Source of the DNA: a virus
Lineage: Duplodnaviria; Heunggongvirae; Uroviricota; Caudoviricetes
Virus record (IMG/VR): IMGVR_UViG_2585427728_000007
Length of the DNA stretch: 42,114 nt
Strand: one strand, 5' to 3'
Shown here: positions 18,703-28,455 of the stretch, in pieces
Layout: each line of letters starts with the position of its first letter
Numbering within the stretch: the first letter of the stretch is position 1
The notes under the pieces: generated by a model
Told to the model about the DNA's origin: nothing
What the model saw: the letters and a program-made list of their open reading frames with translations, nothing else
Database searches by the model: none
Made by a program: the position numbers and the translations under genes

Positions 18703-20020
18703 TCTCGATATCCTCGTCGGTAATGGATGCCCCGATGCCGGTGACGTCAGAGTTTTCGCGCAGGTCGGTCATCGCCGCCTTACGCGTCATCAATCCGTCG
18801 CCCAGCGCGGTACTGATCGCGTTGGTGGTGTTTACGGCCACCGTTGATCGGTCAACGTCTGACATTTGCCATAGCGGGTTAAACTCAAACGTGAAATCGT
18901 CCGGCAGCGGCTTTCCGAGTTCCGAGCGGTGCATAATGTCCAGTATCCGGCGCATCGGCAGTCGTAAGCGGCGCTCCTGCAATGAGCTCACCCGGTCGTA
19001 ATAGTTGGCGAGGTCTGCATCACCAGTAGAGAAGCCTTTCGGGGATTGACCGAACAGGCGTACCAGCGGGATACCAACGGCACCGCTGATCTGCTCAGCA
19101 AACTGCGAAAGAATGTCATCCAGACCACTAAAGCTGTACTGGTGGGTTTCGAACTTATCCCGCGAGTCCATGAGCGTCATACCTTCATTGCTCTGGAACT
19201 GGCGGATCAGGTCGATGTTCTTCAGCAACGCTTCGAACGCCGGGCCTCCAAGCGCGATAAGCTCGCGCAACTTCTCCACGCTATAGGTACGCAGATGCGC
19301 TTTATAGACCAGCTGCGCCGCGCCGACAGTAGCGCTATCGAACGCAGTAAGCCGATCCCAGATACGCTCTACAACCGACATTCCCCATTCGTTTTCGGTC
19401 ATCTTCTGCTGGAATGGCAGCGTGACGCCATCAAAGCGGATCAGGCGGCTGTGATGGATGCGCCAGGCCGGAATGCCCGTTGCGGTGGTCACCACGTCGT
19501 AAAACTCAGGCTTGCCGAGGTCCGGCCCCATCTCTTTAATGCGGCGTGTCAGCACCGGGTTAATCATCCAGCGGTCGAGCGGGAGAATGCCCTTAAACTT
19601 GCCCTCGCCAATGGTTTCGAGTCGCAGCGGGGTCATTGGTGCTTGCCCCTCGATCATGATGAAGCCGACCGCGCCGCCGTAGAGGCGCGACCATTTCAGC
19701 ACGTCGTTCAGCGCATCCCAGATCTGCAACTCATCCAGTTGCGCTTCGAGGGTGCCACGGTCTTTGGCGTCAATCTCCGAAGTGATGCGAATGCCCTTTC
19801 GGGTCATATCGTCCGGGATAGCGTCGACCGCTTCACCGATAACCCACGAACCGCGATATGACCATTCCACCAGCATGCGGTTGCGGCTGGGGAAGTTCGC
19901 CCGGTAGGTCGATGCTGAATGCTGGTTAGGCGTCTGCATCCCAACGCGGGCGACGAAGTTCTCGTAGCCGTCAGCGGTGGCCTGTGCCGTTCGCTGAGAG
20001 GATTGCTTGTTTCGTGCCAT
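18551..20020 (-). CDS. Portal protein
   Basis: 489 aa ORF immediately after the terminase large subunit (start overlaps its stop) and before the head morphogenesis gene; size and order as for portal proteins. Confidence 0.7.
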   Translation of the reverse strand: MARNKQSSQRTAQATADGYENFVARVGMQTPNQHSASTYRANFPSRNRMLVEWSYRGSWVIGEAVDAIPDDMTRKGIRITSEIDAKDRGTLEAQLDELQIWDALNDVLKWSRLYGGAVGFIMIEGQAPMTPLRLETIGEGKFKGILPLDRWMINPVLTRRIKEMGPDLGKPEFYDVVTTATGIPAWRIHHSRLIRFDGVTLPFQQKMTENEWGMSVVERIWDRLTAFDSATVGAAQLVYKAHLRTYSVEKLRELIALGGPAFEALLKNIDLIRQFQSNEGMTLMDSRDKFETHQYSFSGLDDILSQFAEQISGAVGIPLVRLFGQSPKGFSTGDADLANYYDRVSSLQERRLRLPMRRILDIMHRSELGKPLPDDFTFEFNPLWQMSDVDRSTVAVNTTNAISTALGDGLMTRKAAMTDLRENSDVTGIGASITDEDIENAEDEAPPGIGELGDKPPEPPGGDPISNEPTADSAGGRGYRKWSLRWFKR

Positions 20021-21642
20021 CAGGCCTGTCTCCCTAGCAGCTCCCAGATGTTCAGGGCTGAATTCATTGGCGCGTAGCTGATCATCACCGAGTCGGCGAG
20101 GTTCGGCGACTTGGTGCCATCAGGCTGTTTATCAACAACGATTTTCCCCACGCCATTAATGGAGTAGGTCGGCTGCGACAGCTCAATGATGAGTTTGTCT
20201 TTGCTCGCCATGGCGCTGCTGATTGAGATGATTTCGTCCGGGTTGTAGGCCATGCCCTCAACCACGGCGCGATAGGTGTTCTGGAAAAGCTTGCGTAGCC
20301 ACCACCAGCTCTGGGCTTTGGCGTTGGCGAAGAAGTCCTTGTTCAGGCGTGCGGCCTGTCCGTTGTCCCCGCGCACCGCTTCATCGTCCGGATCAAATAC
20401 CGCGCCGCTACCACGAAACGGTGTGGCGAGTATTGACGGTCGGCGCGCTGCGTAACGCAGTTCGTTGATGGCGCGCGCATCGCCGCGAACGCCAGCACCC
20501 AGGCCGTCCTCGTCGAAGCGAAACTCTTCGAGGTTGTCCTGTTCGCAAAAGCCGAAGACCTTCTCAACAGACTGGTAAATGTCGCTGCCAACGCCGGACC
20601 ATTCACGCACGTTCTCCAGGAGGAAGCCGTGACGGGTCGAAAAGGCGTTTTTGTCCCGGCCTTCGTCGGCGACGTCCATCGCGCCCAGGCGTTTGCCCGT
20701 TGGCTGGATGCCCAGCTTAATATGAGCGTCGACGGCAGCCTGTACCCAGTCGGACGGGATCAGGACGCCTTCCGCAGATGCGCTGTAGTTCAGGTCAAGT
20801 TCCTGCGCTACCACCACCGGATTGTCGATTTTCTCGCATTCCCTGCGATACCACTCTTCATCCTTGCGCGGGTCATTTCGCCAGTGGAATGTGAATACCG
20901 GTATCTTCCCGCCGTGACGCTTCTGCGCGAACGGGTTCGCCATGCCGTTAACCGAACTCAGGTCGATACGGCAGCGAGTGGTTTGCGACAGCGCCGCATC
21001 AATCAGCAGAGGGCGCTGGAGGAATGCGGCCTCATCCACCAGGTAGAGCGTGGTACGGTCACCACGACCAATATTATCGCCAGCCTCGCCTTTGATAACG
21101 GCACCAGTTTCAGGAAACTCAACACGCATATATGGCGCGTGCTTCTTCTCGCTCCACGAACCGCGAAACTCTACAGGTAGTGTTTCCACGAACTTGCGCG
21201 CCTTCCAGAACAATGCTTTCGGGTCACCAGTGCTGTCGACGTATTCCTCTTTACGGGAGCCGAAACCGATAACCATTTCTTTGTTGAAGAGACAAAGCGA
21301 GCAGGCCAGTCCGATCGCGGTCCAACTGAGCCCCATTTCACGGGATTTTTCGGTAATACCATTCTCCCGATTACCCCAGCGTTCCATAATCCAGTGGATC
21401 CACTCCTCCTGCTTAGGGAATAGTAAAAACGGAATGGTCACCGGCAGGCCATAATCAATATTACGCGGGTCCGTTGTCATGCCCCAGTCGATGATGAACT
21501 GAGCCGGATTGGTTCGGTAAAACTGTTTTAGTGCAGGCAATATTTCAGGATTCTGGCGAATGCGCTGTAAGCGTTCCATCCGCCATTCAAAAACCATCTG
21601 GTAATCAGGATGTTTAAAATCGAAGGGGAATGGTAACGGCAT
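20020..21642 (-). CDS. Terminase large subunit
   Basis: 540 aa; N-terminal ATPase region followed by a nuclease region with acidic motifs ([14 protein letters not shown]); directly downstream of the small subunit gene. Confidence 0.85.
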   Translation of the reverse strand: MPLPFPFDFKHPDYQMVFEWRMERLQRIRQNPEILPALKQFYRTNPAQFIIDWGMTTDPRNIDYGLPVTIPFLLFPKQEEWIHWIMERWGNRENGITEKSREMGLSWTAIGLACSLCLFNKEMVIGFGSRKEEYVDSTGDPKALFWKARKFVETLPVEFRGSWSEKKHAPYMRVEFPETGAVIKGEAGDNIGRGDRTTLYLVDEAAFLQRPLLIDAALSQTTRCRIDLSSVNGMANPFAQKRHGGKIPVFTFHWRNDPRKDEEWYRRECEKIDNPVVVAQELDLNYSASAEGVLIPSDWVQAAVDAHIKLGIQPTGKRLGAMDVADEGRDKNAFSTRHGFLLENVREWSGVGSDIYQSVEKVFGFCEQDNLEEFRFDEDGLGAGVRGDARAINELRYAARRPSILATPFRGSGAVFDPDDEAVRGDNGQAARLNKDFFANAKAQSWWWLRKLFQNTYRAVVEGMAYNPDEIISISSAMASKDKLIIELSQPTYSINGVGKIVVDKQPDGTKSPNLADSVMISYAPMNSALNIWELLGRQA

Positions 21643-21644
21643 AC

Positions 21645-22199
21645 TTAGCCCATCATTTTTCTATACGCCTCTGCAGCCTGCTCCGGCGTTAAGTTGGTAA
21701 TTTCTGTTCTGACTGGTCCTCCATCAGCGCCAGTCACTTCATTTTTGACGTTGTCTTTAAACGCCTGAACAGAAACATGACGCCCAAGCAACTCAAGGTT
21801 TTTAACCTTATCAGGCCATTTGATTTTCTTCAGAAGTGCGGCGCTATCTGCGGATACCATCTCGACGACATCCATACCCGATAGAGTCGTTCTCCATACT
21901 TTGGGCCAGTCTTTAATCGGCTTCAGTTCGCCATTGGCAAGCAGGATATCCAGCACGTCCATCTGGTCTATTTCAGTCAGCCGTCGCAATACATAGGCAG
22001 CGTCTATACCTACCTCTTCATTGCGTTCAGCCTTTAGCTCAGCAATGCGATCTGCTATGTCAGGTTTTGACAGGTTCTCGCTACCAGTGGCGCGAGCAGT
22101 TTTTTCGCTGTAACCCGCCCTGATAGCTGCCTGAGTGGCGTTTAAATCTTTCAGGTACTCACGGGCAAACAGCTCTTGTTTGTCTGTGAGCTTTGCCAT
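21645..22199 (-). CDS. Terminase small subunit
   Basis: 184 aa; N-terminus [35 protein letters not shown] is the characteristic helix-turn-helix of phage small terminase subunits; preceded by GGAG. Confidence 0.8.
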   Translation of the reverse strand: MAKLTDKQELFAREYLKDLNATQAAIRAGYSEKTARATGSENLSKPDIADRIAELKAERNEEVGIDAAYVLRRLTEIDQMDVLDILLANGELKPIKDWPKVWRTTLSGMDVVEMVSADSAALLKKIKWPDKVKNLELLGRHVSVQAFKDNVKNEVTGADGGPVRTEITNLTPEQAAEAYRKMMG

Positions 22200-22493
22200 T
22201 GTTGGCTCCGTTTATCCGTTAAAAGGGATATCAGTTAAGTTATCCCGTGCAGGGTATAAGCCATTGTCGAGACCACTCATTGAATGGTCTCTGCAATAAC
22301 CGATGTCTTTCCATCAGTCCGCCACCACAAAGAATCTTTTTTGCCATAAGGCTGGAGGTTCATCTTTCAGTGGCTGCCAGTGTTATTTCCCCACTTACTG
22401 GCTTGGGGTGTTTCGCTGTACTGCCGTAACTGGTTGCCCAGAATAAATTCCGGTTTCATTATCAAGCCCACCCGTAGATAGGCTTTGTAATGG

Positions 22494-22781
22494 CTACTTC
22501 TTCAGAAATGATTCGATGAATTCACGTCGGGGATGACGATAGTTCAGAATATCTTCTGGCATCCTCATAAAGCGGTTGTTGCCGTCTTTGGCAGTAACAA
22601 AACAGCTGTGAACTCCGCAGACATCCGTTTTTATTGTGTCGCTATACTCAAAAAGCAACTGAGCCATCTTCTCTTGCCATTCTGGCGGCATAGCCTCCAT
22701 GAATACTCGCGGCATCACGCAGAACGGCGCATGCGTAAGACCAAACCACAGTTGCAGGTCTTTACGATATTCTTCATCCAT
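22494..22781 (-). CDS. Hypothetical protein downstream of the lysis cassette
   Basis: Start taken at internal ATG 22781 (MDEEYRKDLQLWFG...); the longer ORF-track version has an implausible N-terminus. No recognisable family. Confidence 0.4.
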   Translation of the reverse strand: MDEEYRKDLQLWFGLTHAPFCVMPRVFMEAMPPEWQEKMAQLLFEYSDTIKTDVCGVHSCFVTAKDGNNRFMRMPEDILNYRHPRREFIESFLKK

Positions 22782-23000
22782 CGTCTTTACCTTTGTTGCA
22801 ATAAAAAGCCCCGCAAATGCGAGGCTAAATCCTGGTATTTGTAATGAACTGACTCTTATCTCAACGCAGCCCCTTACTGCGCGCCAGATGCTCAATATCA
22901 AGCATCAGCAATGAGATGTTTAATCTGGATTTACTCCAGAAGTGATCACCACCCTGTCTACAGAGCCAGATGTGAAGGATGATGAGTAAAATTATCGCTA

Positions 23001-23438
23001 TCATCGAAGGCATTGCGTCCTGATGTACTCCTGCAGGTAGTTAACCTGCGCGGTTATCCTGTCTATTCCACTTCGGAGACGGTAATAATTGAGTTCAGCA
23101 TCTGCTGTAAGTCTTGGGCTTTCTCCATCGCCCATGCTGCTGGCTCCGGTCGTTGACTTTGCACAGGTGGCGGCGACTTGCAGGCGCTTACGCCCAGCAG
23201 AAACATCAGCACGGAGACTTTCGATAGTCGCGTTAGCATCAGCAAGCTCCTTTGTGTATCTGGCGTCTAGTTCTGCTACATCACGTTGACGCTTCTGCAT
23301 GTCAGCGATGATGGATGCGGCTTTGTCGCGCTGCTCTTTGTAGGCGATGGCGTTATCACGGTAATGATTAACAGCCCATAACAGGCAAACGATGATGCAG
23401 ATAACCAGAGCGGAAATAATCGCGGTGACTCTGCTCAT
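23001..23438 (-). CDS. Rz: i-spanin Rz
   Basis: 145 aa; N-terminal transmembrane segment [23 protein letters not shown] as in lambda Rz, followed by a coiled-coil periplasmic domain; immediately downstream of the endolysin gene. Confidence 0.8.
   Translation of the reverse strand: MSRVTAIISALVICIIVCLLWAVNHYRDNAIAYKEQRDKAASIIADMQKRQRDVAELDARYTKELADANATIESLRADVSAGRKRLQVAATCAKSTTGASSMGDGESPRLTADAELNYYRLRSGIDRITAQVNYLQEYIRTQCLR
23063..23245 (-). CDS. Rz1: o-spanin Rz1 (embedded in Rz in the +1 frame)
   Basis: 60 aa ORF wholly inside Rz; lipoprotein signal with lipobox LGVSAC followed by a Pro-rich region ([13 protein letters not shown]), as in lambda Rz1. Confidence 0.75.
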   Translation of the reverse strand: MLMLTRLSKVSVLMFLLGVSACKSPPPVQSQRPEPAAWAMEKAQDLQQMLNSIITVSEVE

Positions 23439-23911
23439 ACCTCAATCTCTCTGACCGTTCCGCCCGCTTCTTTGAATTTTGCAATCAGGCTGTCAGCCTT
23501 ATGCTCGAACTGACCATAACCAGCGCCCGGAAGTGAAGCCCAGATATTGCTGCAACGGTCAATTGCCTGACGAATATCACCGCGATCAATCATCGGTAAA
23601 GCGCCACGTTCTTTAATCTGTTGCAGTGCCACAGCGTCCTGGCTTTTCGGAGAGAAGTCTTTCAGGCCAAGCTGCTTACGATAGGCATCCCACCAACGGG
23701 AAAGAAGCTGGTAACGCCCGGCGGCTGTTGATTTGAGTTTTGGGTTTAGCGTGACAAGTTTGCGAGGGTGATCGGAGTAATCAGTGAATAGCTCTCCGCC
23801 TACAATGACGTCATAACCATGATTTCTGGTTTTTTGACGTCCGTTATCAGTTCCCTCCGACCACGCCAGCATATCGAGGAACGCCTTACGTTGATTATTG
23901 ATTTCCACCAT
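23435..23911 (-). CDS. R: Endolysin (lambda R-type lytic transglycosylase)
   Basis: 158 aa; [53 protein letters not shown]... is near-identical to the lambda R protein as recalled. Confidence 0.9.
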   Translation of the reverse strand: MVEINNQRKAFLDMLAWSEGTDNGRQKTRNHGYDVIVGGELFTDYSDHPRKLVTLNPKLKSTAAGRYQLLSRWWDAYRKQLGLKDFSPKSQDAVALQQIKERGALPMIDRGDIRQAIDRCSNIWASLPGAGYGQFEHKADSLIAKFKEAGGTVREIEV

Positions 23912-24218
23912 CTTCTACTCCGGCTTTTTTAGCAGCGAAGCGTTTGATAAGCGAACCAATCGAGTCAGTACCGATGTAGCCGATAAACACGCTCGTTATA
24001 TAAGCGAGATTGCTACTTAGTCCGGCGAAGTCGAGAAGGTCACGAATGAACCAGGCGATAATGGCGCACATCGTTGCGTCGATTACTGTTTTTGTAAACG
24101 CACCGCCATTATATCTGCCGCGAAGGTACGCCATTGCAAACGCAAGGATTGCCCCGATGCCTTGTTCCTTTGCCGCGAGAATGGCGGCCAACAGGTCATG
24201 TTTTTCTGGCATCTTCAT
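23895..24218 (-). CDS. S: Holin / antiholin (lambda S-type, dual start)
   Basis: 107 aa; [39 protein letters not shown]... is near-identical to lambda S, including the Met1-Lys-Met3 dual-start motif. Confidence 0.9.
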   Translation of the reverse strand: MKMPEKHDLLAAILAAKEQGIGAILAFAMAYLRGRYNGGAFTKTVIDATMCAIIAWFIRDLLDFAGLSSNLAYITSVFIGYIGTDSIGSLIKRFAAKKAGVEDGGNQ

Positions 24219-24343
24219 GTCTTACCCCCAATAAGGGGATTTGCTCTATTTAATTAGGAATAAGGTCGATTACTGATAGAACAAATCCAGGCTACTGTGT
24301 TTAGTAATCAGATTTGTTCGTGACCGATATGCACGGGCAAAAC

Positions 24344-24373
24344 GGCAGGAGGTTGTTAGCGCGACCTCCTGCC
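24344..24373 (-). terminator. Stem-loop with perfect 10 bp stem (possible terminator or processing site) between the tRNAs and S
   Basis: GGCAGGAGGT / ACCTCCTGCC with a 10 nt loop; on the minus strand followed by GTTTTGCC (short U-run). Confidence 0.4.
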
Positions 24374-24460
24374 ACCCGCTTTCACGAAGGTCATGTGTAA
24401 AAGGCCGCAGCATAACTATCACTGATGAATTCAGGATAGCCAGTGGCTACGGCTCAGTTA

Positions 24461-24536
24461 TGGTGCTGGTTAACGGACTTGAACCGCTACCCATTCGCTT
24501 ACAAGGCGACCGCTCTACCATTGGAGCTAAACCAGC
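24461..24536 (-). tRNA. tRNA, anticodon TGT (Thr) by manual fold
   Basis: Minus-strand 76 nt GCTGGTT-TA-GCTC-CAATGGTA-GAGC-G-GTCGC-CTTGTAA-GCGAA-TGGGT-AGCGG-TTCAAGT-CCGTT-AACCAGC-A-CCA; perfect 7 bp acceptor stem, GTTCAAGTC T-loop, U33 and A37 flanking TGT, encoded CCA. Confidence 0.65.
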
Positions 24537-24541
24537 ATGTT

Positions 24542-24616
24542 TGGCGGGACAGCGTGGACTCGAACCACGATAAGAAGGTTAACAGCCTTCCGTAATGACC
24601 TTTATACGACTGACCC
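24542..24616 (-). tRNA. tRNA, anticodon GTT (Asn) by manual fold; atypical D-arm
   Basis: Minus-strand 75 nt GGGTCAG-...-GAAGG-CTGTTAA-CCTTC-TTAT-CGTGG-TTCGAGT-CCACG-CTGTCCC-G-CCA; perfect anticodon and T stems, GGTTCGAGTCC T-arm, one T-T mismatch in the acceptor stem, D-loop lacks the usual GG. Confidence 0.55.
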
Positions 24617-24671
24617 AAATAAAAAAAAGCCACCGTTGCAACTTAAGAGTCACTAACGGCAGCTTACATCT

Positions 24672-25184
24672 TTAAACGGTATGATATTTCATTCTGGCTG
24701 CCTCAAAAGCCGCAGCGGCAAGTTCGGCAGTGTCATGGTATCCAAGGTTAATACACTTTCCAGACGCATTAATTCTTGCTCTCCATTTCCCGTACTTAGC
24801 ATCCCAAGACACGCCACGGTATCCAGATTTATTATTCTTCTGAATTTTCCTGTTTTGCATATTTTCGGAATGAGTGACAAGACGAAGATTTGATATCCGG
24901 TTATCTGTTCTTACCCTGTTGATGTGATCAATAAAACCATCGGGCATGGTGCCATAAACAATCAACCATGCCAGTCTGTGAGCAGGGTATGCTTTACCAT
25001 TAATCATAATCATTAAATACCCATCAGAATTTATTGATGAGCATTTCTTGAAAGCAAAACGAGAGTTCCATGTCAAAGTGGTCCTCTCTCTCCCCTGCCT
25101 CCATCTCCAGTGAAAGTCGCCTGATGATGGATTGTAATCAACAACAGAAAGCACCATTTCTGGCGTTAATTTTATTTCTTTCAT
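24672..25184 (-). CDS. HNH homing endonuclease with AP2-type DNA-binding domain
   Basis: 170 aa; HNH motif ...DGFIDHINRVRTDNRISNLRLVTHSENMQN... plus AP2-like ...GYRGVSWDAKYGKWRARI...; AT-rich gene sitting between Q/pR' and the tRNAs. Confidence 0.75.
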   Translation of the reverse strand: MKEIKLTPEMVLSVVDYNPSSGDFHWRWRQGRERTTLTWNSRFAFKKCSSINSDGYLMIMINGKAYPAHRLAWLIVYGTMPDGFIDHINRVRTDNRISNLRLVTHSENMQNRKIQKNNKSGYRGVSWDAKYGKWRARINASGKCINLGYHDTAELAAAAFEAARMKYHTV

Positions 25185-25302
25185 CGCTTTACCTTAGGGA
25201 TAGAGCCTGTTCGCGTAGATATGACAGCCAAGAGCGGAGCGATGTTTCCACCACCATATCTCAGGCCCATATCACTAAGACTCTTGTTTTGATTGCACGC
25301 GA

Positions 25303-25331
25303 ATGCAAAAAAGCCCACAGGAGGTGGGCTT
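25303..25331 (-). terminator. Rho-independent terminator (tR' candidate) downstream of pR'
   Basis: Minus-strand AAGCCCAC-CTCCT-GTGGGCTT followed by TTTTGC (six U including the stem end); about 45-60 nt downstream of the predicted pR' start. Confidence 0.6.
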
Positions 25332-25371
25332 GTGATGGTTGCTGAATGCAAAAGCAGCAGCATATGTGAAT

Positions 25372-25401
25372 ATTATGGCTAAATGGATAATTGCATGTCA
25401 A
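25372..25401 (-). promoter_or_regulatory. Late promoter pR' candidate (-35 TTGACA, 18 bp spacer, -10 CATAAT)
   Basis: Minus-strand TTGACA at 25401..25396 (inside the last codons of Q), CATAAT at 25377..25372; immediately followed by a terminator, as expected for a Q-antiterminated late promoter. Confidence 0.5.
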
Positions 25402-25897
25402 GGCCTTTAACAGCAACATGCTTAACTTTCTCAACACGTTTACGCATTTTGAAAGCATTTTGCATTGGCTGGTACAAAACAAATAACGACGCTTTCAGGA
25501 TGTCGTCAATTTCGTTTCTACAGGTTGCCAGTGAAGGTTTTCTCCATCCCTCGCCACCACGTCCACACATCTTGCGTGGCTTTGCAGTCGCGTGATAGTA
25601 GGATGCAATTGCTCGCTTAGATGAACCATGAGCGTAGTAGCTGAGGAGGATGCCAAAGGCTTTCTTGTCAATGTACATGACGGAATCGACGACCTGAGAA
25701 ATCAACATTCCATCATCATCATTGCACATTGGCCTTGTCATAACTCTTCCCGGCTCTACGCTCTCCATGAACTTAGCTATTACGCTGCTCATGCGCTTTT
25801 CCAGACGACCTGAATAAACCCATGCGCCCCACAGTTCAAGCCAGCCATTCAGCCACTCATGCTGTTCTTTGGTGAGGTTTAGTTCTCTTATGCCCAC
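25379..25897 (-). CDS. Late gene antiterminator Q-like protein
   Basis: 172 aa ORF at the canonical Q position (after the nin genes, before pR'/tR' and lysis genes); Cys/His-containing. Call rests on synteny rather than strong sequence recognition. Confidence 0.55.
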   Translation of the reverse strand: MGIRELNLTKEQHEWLNGWLELWGAWVYSGRLEKRMSSVIAKFMESVEPGRVMTRPMCNDDDGMLISQVVDSVMYIDKKAFGILLSYYAHGSSKRAIASYYHATAKPRKMCGRGGEGWRKPSLATCRNEIDDILKASLFVLYQPMQNAFKMRKRVEKVKHVAVKGLDMQLSI

Positions 25898-26559
25898 GCG
25901 CCTTCTCCCTGTACCTGAATCAATGTGAGGTTTCCGCAGAACACTGCGCCGGTATCGATATACATCTGGTTGGCAAATTTGAGTGGTTTCACTGCTGGCG
26001 TATGACCAAAGATGAACGTGTCCGCTCCTTTGATTTCTTTTACGATCCCGTCTTGTGAGTTGCTGATTCGTTCGCGGTTCCAGATTACCTGCTGATGATC
26101 AACTGGCTTTCCAAACTCGTATTCGTCACAAGGATAATCGGCGTGGCAGATGACATATTTTTTATCTTTGCTCACCAGTTCGATGATTAACGGAAGTTCA
26201 TCTGCTTTATGGGCAAGAGCTTTAGCCAGAATTTCTTTGTCGTAATCGAGATTAAAGAACCAGCCACCGCCATTAAGCATCCAGTGATTGACGTTTCCGC
26301 GCTCTGATAAGCCATCAATCATCATTTGCTCATGGTTTCCACGTACAGCTCTGAACCAGGGGAATGTGATTAATTCCAGGCATTCGACGTTCTCTGTACC
26401 GCGATCGACCAAATCGCCAACCGAGATAAGCAGGTCTTTTTTGGTGTCGAATCCTATCGTCTCCAGTTTTTTCATCAGGTTCGTGTAGCATCCGTGCAGA
26501 TCGCCAACTACCCAAATATTTCGGTATTTGCTGCCATCAATTCTTTCGTAGATATTCAT
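25888..26559 (-). CDS. Serine/threonine protein phosphatase (lambda NinI-type)
   Basis: 223 aa; metallophosphatase motifs GDLHGC, GDLVDRG, GNHE; closely resembles the lambda phosphatase as recalled. Confidence 0.9.
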   Translation of the reverse strand: MNIYERIDGSKYRNIWVVGDLHGCYTNLMKKLETIGFDTKKDLLISVGDLVDRGTENVECLELITFPWFRAVRGNHEQMMIDGLSERGNVNHWMLNGGGWFFNLDYDKEILAKALAHKADELPLIIELVSKDKKYVICHADYPCDEYEFGKPVDHQQVIWNRERISNSQDGIVKEIKGADTFIFGHTPAVKPLKFANQMYIDTGAVFCGNLTLIQVQGEGAWA

Positions 26560-27167
26560 GCTGCCTCACTTCTGCTGTTTCGCAGTTTTTTAAGTTTCTG
26601 TTGATACTCCGCCTTGATGGTCTTGCACTCTTCGACAGTCCAGCGATGGCGGTTATGGTTTGATTCGATTTCGTCTACTGCTTCCTGCCCGATGCGGTTA
26701 ATCAGTTCGACGCGATACGGAACGAGATTTCCGCTTTTGTGCTGGTTGCACACCACGCATTGCTTGTGAATATTGCGTTCATTAAATCGGAGTTGAGGTG
26801 CCGCAGCAGTTGTCCGGTAATGCCCGGCATCCCACTGAGCAGACGTGAGCGTTCCGCACGAGATACATGGTAAGTCGCGGTCTCTTTCTCTGATGAAGGC
26901 GTTTACGGCTTTTTGGGGTTGTTTAATCCAGTAACTGCGGGGCTTTAAGGCGAGTTTTCGAATCTTAAGTTTATCTTTCTGTTTCTGCTCGTCTCGTCGT
27001 CGTTTCTTCTCTGCTGCTTTTTCCACTTTTTCGCGTTCTTTGCTTCGTCGTTCGAGTGCTATCTTTGTTCCACACTCTGGAGAGCACCACCACTGATTAG
27101 CGAATGCAGGGTGAAACCATTCCCGACATTCATCGTTTTTACATCGTCTTCGCGCTGGTTTAGCCAT
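26556..27167 (-). CDS. ninG: NinG (Rap) recombination-associated protein
   Basis: 203 aa; [41 protein letters not shown]... with the Cys-rich N-terminus and basic stretch of lambda NinG. Confidence 0.8.
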   Translation of the reverse strand: MAKPARRRCKNDECREWFHPAFANQWWCSPECGTKIALERRSKEREKVEKAAEKKRRRDEQKQKDKLKIRKLALKPRSYWIKQPQKAVNAFIRERDRDLPCISCGTLTSAQWDAGHYRTTAAAPQLRFNERNIHKQCVVCNQHKSGNLVPYRVELINRIGQEAVDEIESNHNRHRWTVEECKTIKAEYQQKLKKLRNSRSEAA

Positions 27168-27330
27168 CGTCTTCTTCCTCGTACATTGAGCTATTCGGAT
27201 CGCTCATCAGTTCTGCGCAGCAGTGCTCACACACGTGAACTTCCAGCACATGCAGCTTCTGACCGCAGTTAGCGCACGTTAAAGCTCGCTCGACACTTCC
27301 TTGTTCGTAACTTCGATTTTGGTCAATCAC
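27160..27330 (-). CDS. ninF: NinF-like small Cys-rich protein (GTG start; below ORF-track size cutoff)
   Basis: Manual translation gives [56 protein letters not shown] (56 aa), resembling lambda NinF as recalled; GTG overlaps the NinE stop and the stop overlaps the NinG start. Confidence 0.6.
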   Translation of the reverse strand: MIDQNRSYEQGSVERALTCANCGQKLHVLEVHVCEHCCAELMSDPNSSMYEEEDDG

Positions 27331-27509
27331 CTTGTTTTCCTCGCACGTTCTCTAAGCCACCGGATATCCCACAGGTGAGCCGTGTAGTTGAAGGTTTTTA
27401 CGTCAGATTCTTTTGGGATTGGCTTGCATTTATTTCTGGAGCGCTTCGTTGGAAGGTATTTGCAGTTTTCGCAGATGATGTCGGTGATACTTCGTCGCTG
27501 TCGTCTCAT
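27327..27509 (-). CDS. ninE: NinE-like protein
   Basis: Start taken at internal ATG 27509 ([60 protein letters not shown], 60 aa), which forms an ATGA overlap with the methyltransferase stop. Confidence 0.6.
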   Translation of the reverse strand: MRRQRRSITDIICENCKYLPTKRSRNKCKPIPKESDVKTFNYTAHLWDIRWLRERARKTR

Positions 27510-28069
27510 GCTGCCCTCCTGACGCCCTGCCCGATCGCCATCAATGCCGCTTTGGATACGGTAGTAAACATCCGTCGAGGACTGATGAACGGTCGCCAAA
27601 TCAGTAGCATTGAGCCTTTGCTGTTTCCCTTCTTCTCCAGCCCTGTCGATGGTTCGATAAAATTAATCCGTCCATCAGTGATGATGCGAACTTCGTCAAC
27701 ACTCTCCAGAGCCTTGCTGAACCATCCGACAGACATATCCTCTGGCACAAGCATAACTACCGTCTGTCGCTGTTGTATGCACTGCTCAGCGGCTTTTTCC
27801 ACCCACGGCCTGATATTGCTGTACGGTGGGTTATTCCAGATTGCACCGTGGCTTACCCACTCAGAATTGAGCGCGTCGTCGGCCTCAGTTAGCCAGTGAG
27901 CACACAGAGCATTTTTGTCGCTCGCTGCCGAATCCAGCCAGAATCCAAACTCAATATCCAGTGCATCAAAAAGCCAAAGCGGCGTTTGCCAGCAGTCCTT
28001 GTCGTGTGCTGGCGTATTTGATTTAATTGTCACTCTACTTGCCTCTCCTTTAGATCCCGGTACTCGCAA
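27506..28069 (-). CDS. DNA N6-adenine methyltransferase (phage orphan MTase)
   Basis: 187 aa; catalytic NPPY motif ([13 protein letters not shown]) and conserved [15 protein letters not shown]-terminal region; no adjacent restriction gene. Confidence 0.8.
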   Translation of the reverse strand: MRVPGSKGEASRVTIKSNTPAHDKDCWQTPLWLFDALDIEFGFWLDSAASDKNALCAHWLTEADDALNSEWVSHGAIWNNPPYSNIRPWVEKAAEQCIQQRQTVVMLVPEDMSVGWFSKALESVDEVRIITDGRINFIEPSTGLEKKGNSKGSMLLIWRPFISPRRMFTTVSKAALMAIGQGVRRAA

Positions 28070-28455
28070 TTATCAGGAATAGTTAGTCGTAATCCCTTCT
28101 GATGCGCCCACTGGTCAATATCGGTCAGATACTTGTGCATATCTCCAATATCAAGCTGCCGTGTTGATTTAACGCATCGTGTAATATTAAAAATCGTCAC
28201 CCTTTTTGCCGGACAATATATATCTTTCAGCCACTCATGAACCTCTTCCGGTGTAAAACTTTCACCAGAAACAGCGGATAATTGCGCGGCTATTTCTGCA
28301 TTCCACACCCACATCAGATTGTTTTGTGACAATGTACGCTTCTCACGGTACTCAGATATTTTGATTCGCCAGCGCTTGCCGGTAGAAAGGATTTGTTTCA
28401 GAACTAACCAGAATTGTGATTTATTGGTTTCGTGCAGAATGAAATCATTCATCAT
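28030..28455 (-). CDS. ninB: NinB recombination protein
   Basis: 141 aa; MMNDFILHETNKSQFWLVLKQILSTGKRWRIKISEYREKRTLSQNNLMWVWNAEIAAQL... matches lambda NinB as recalled. Confidence 0.8.
   Translation of the reverse strand: MMNDFILHETNKSQFWLVLKQILSTGKRWRIKISEYREKRTLSQNNLMWVWNAEIAAQLSAVSGESFTPEEVHEWLKDIYCPAKRVTIFNITRCVKSTRQLDIGDMHKYLTDIDQWAHQKGLRLTIPDNCEYRDLKERQVE

Noticed and set aside
19046-19861. 271 aa plus-strand ORF antisense to the portal gene
   Set aside because: Shadow ORF within the portal gene; no independent support.
22200-22493. Lambda-type cos site between the lysis genes and terminase
   Set aside because: No recognisable cos motif found by eye; packaging mechanism left unassigned.
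27375-27899. 174 aa plus-strand ORF antisense to the methyltransferase and ninE
   Set aside because: Overlaps two recognisable minus-strand genes; Ser/Cys-rich translation without motifs.
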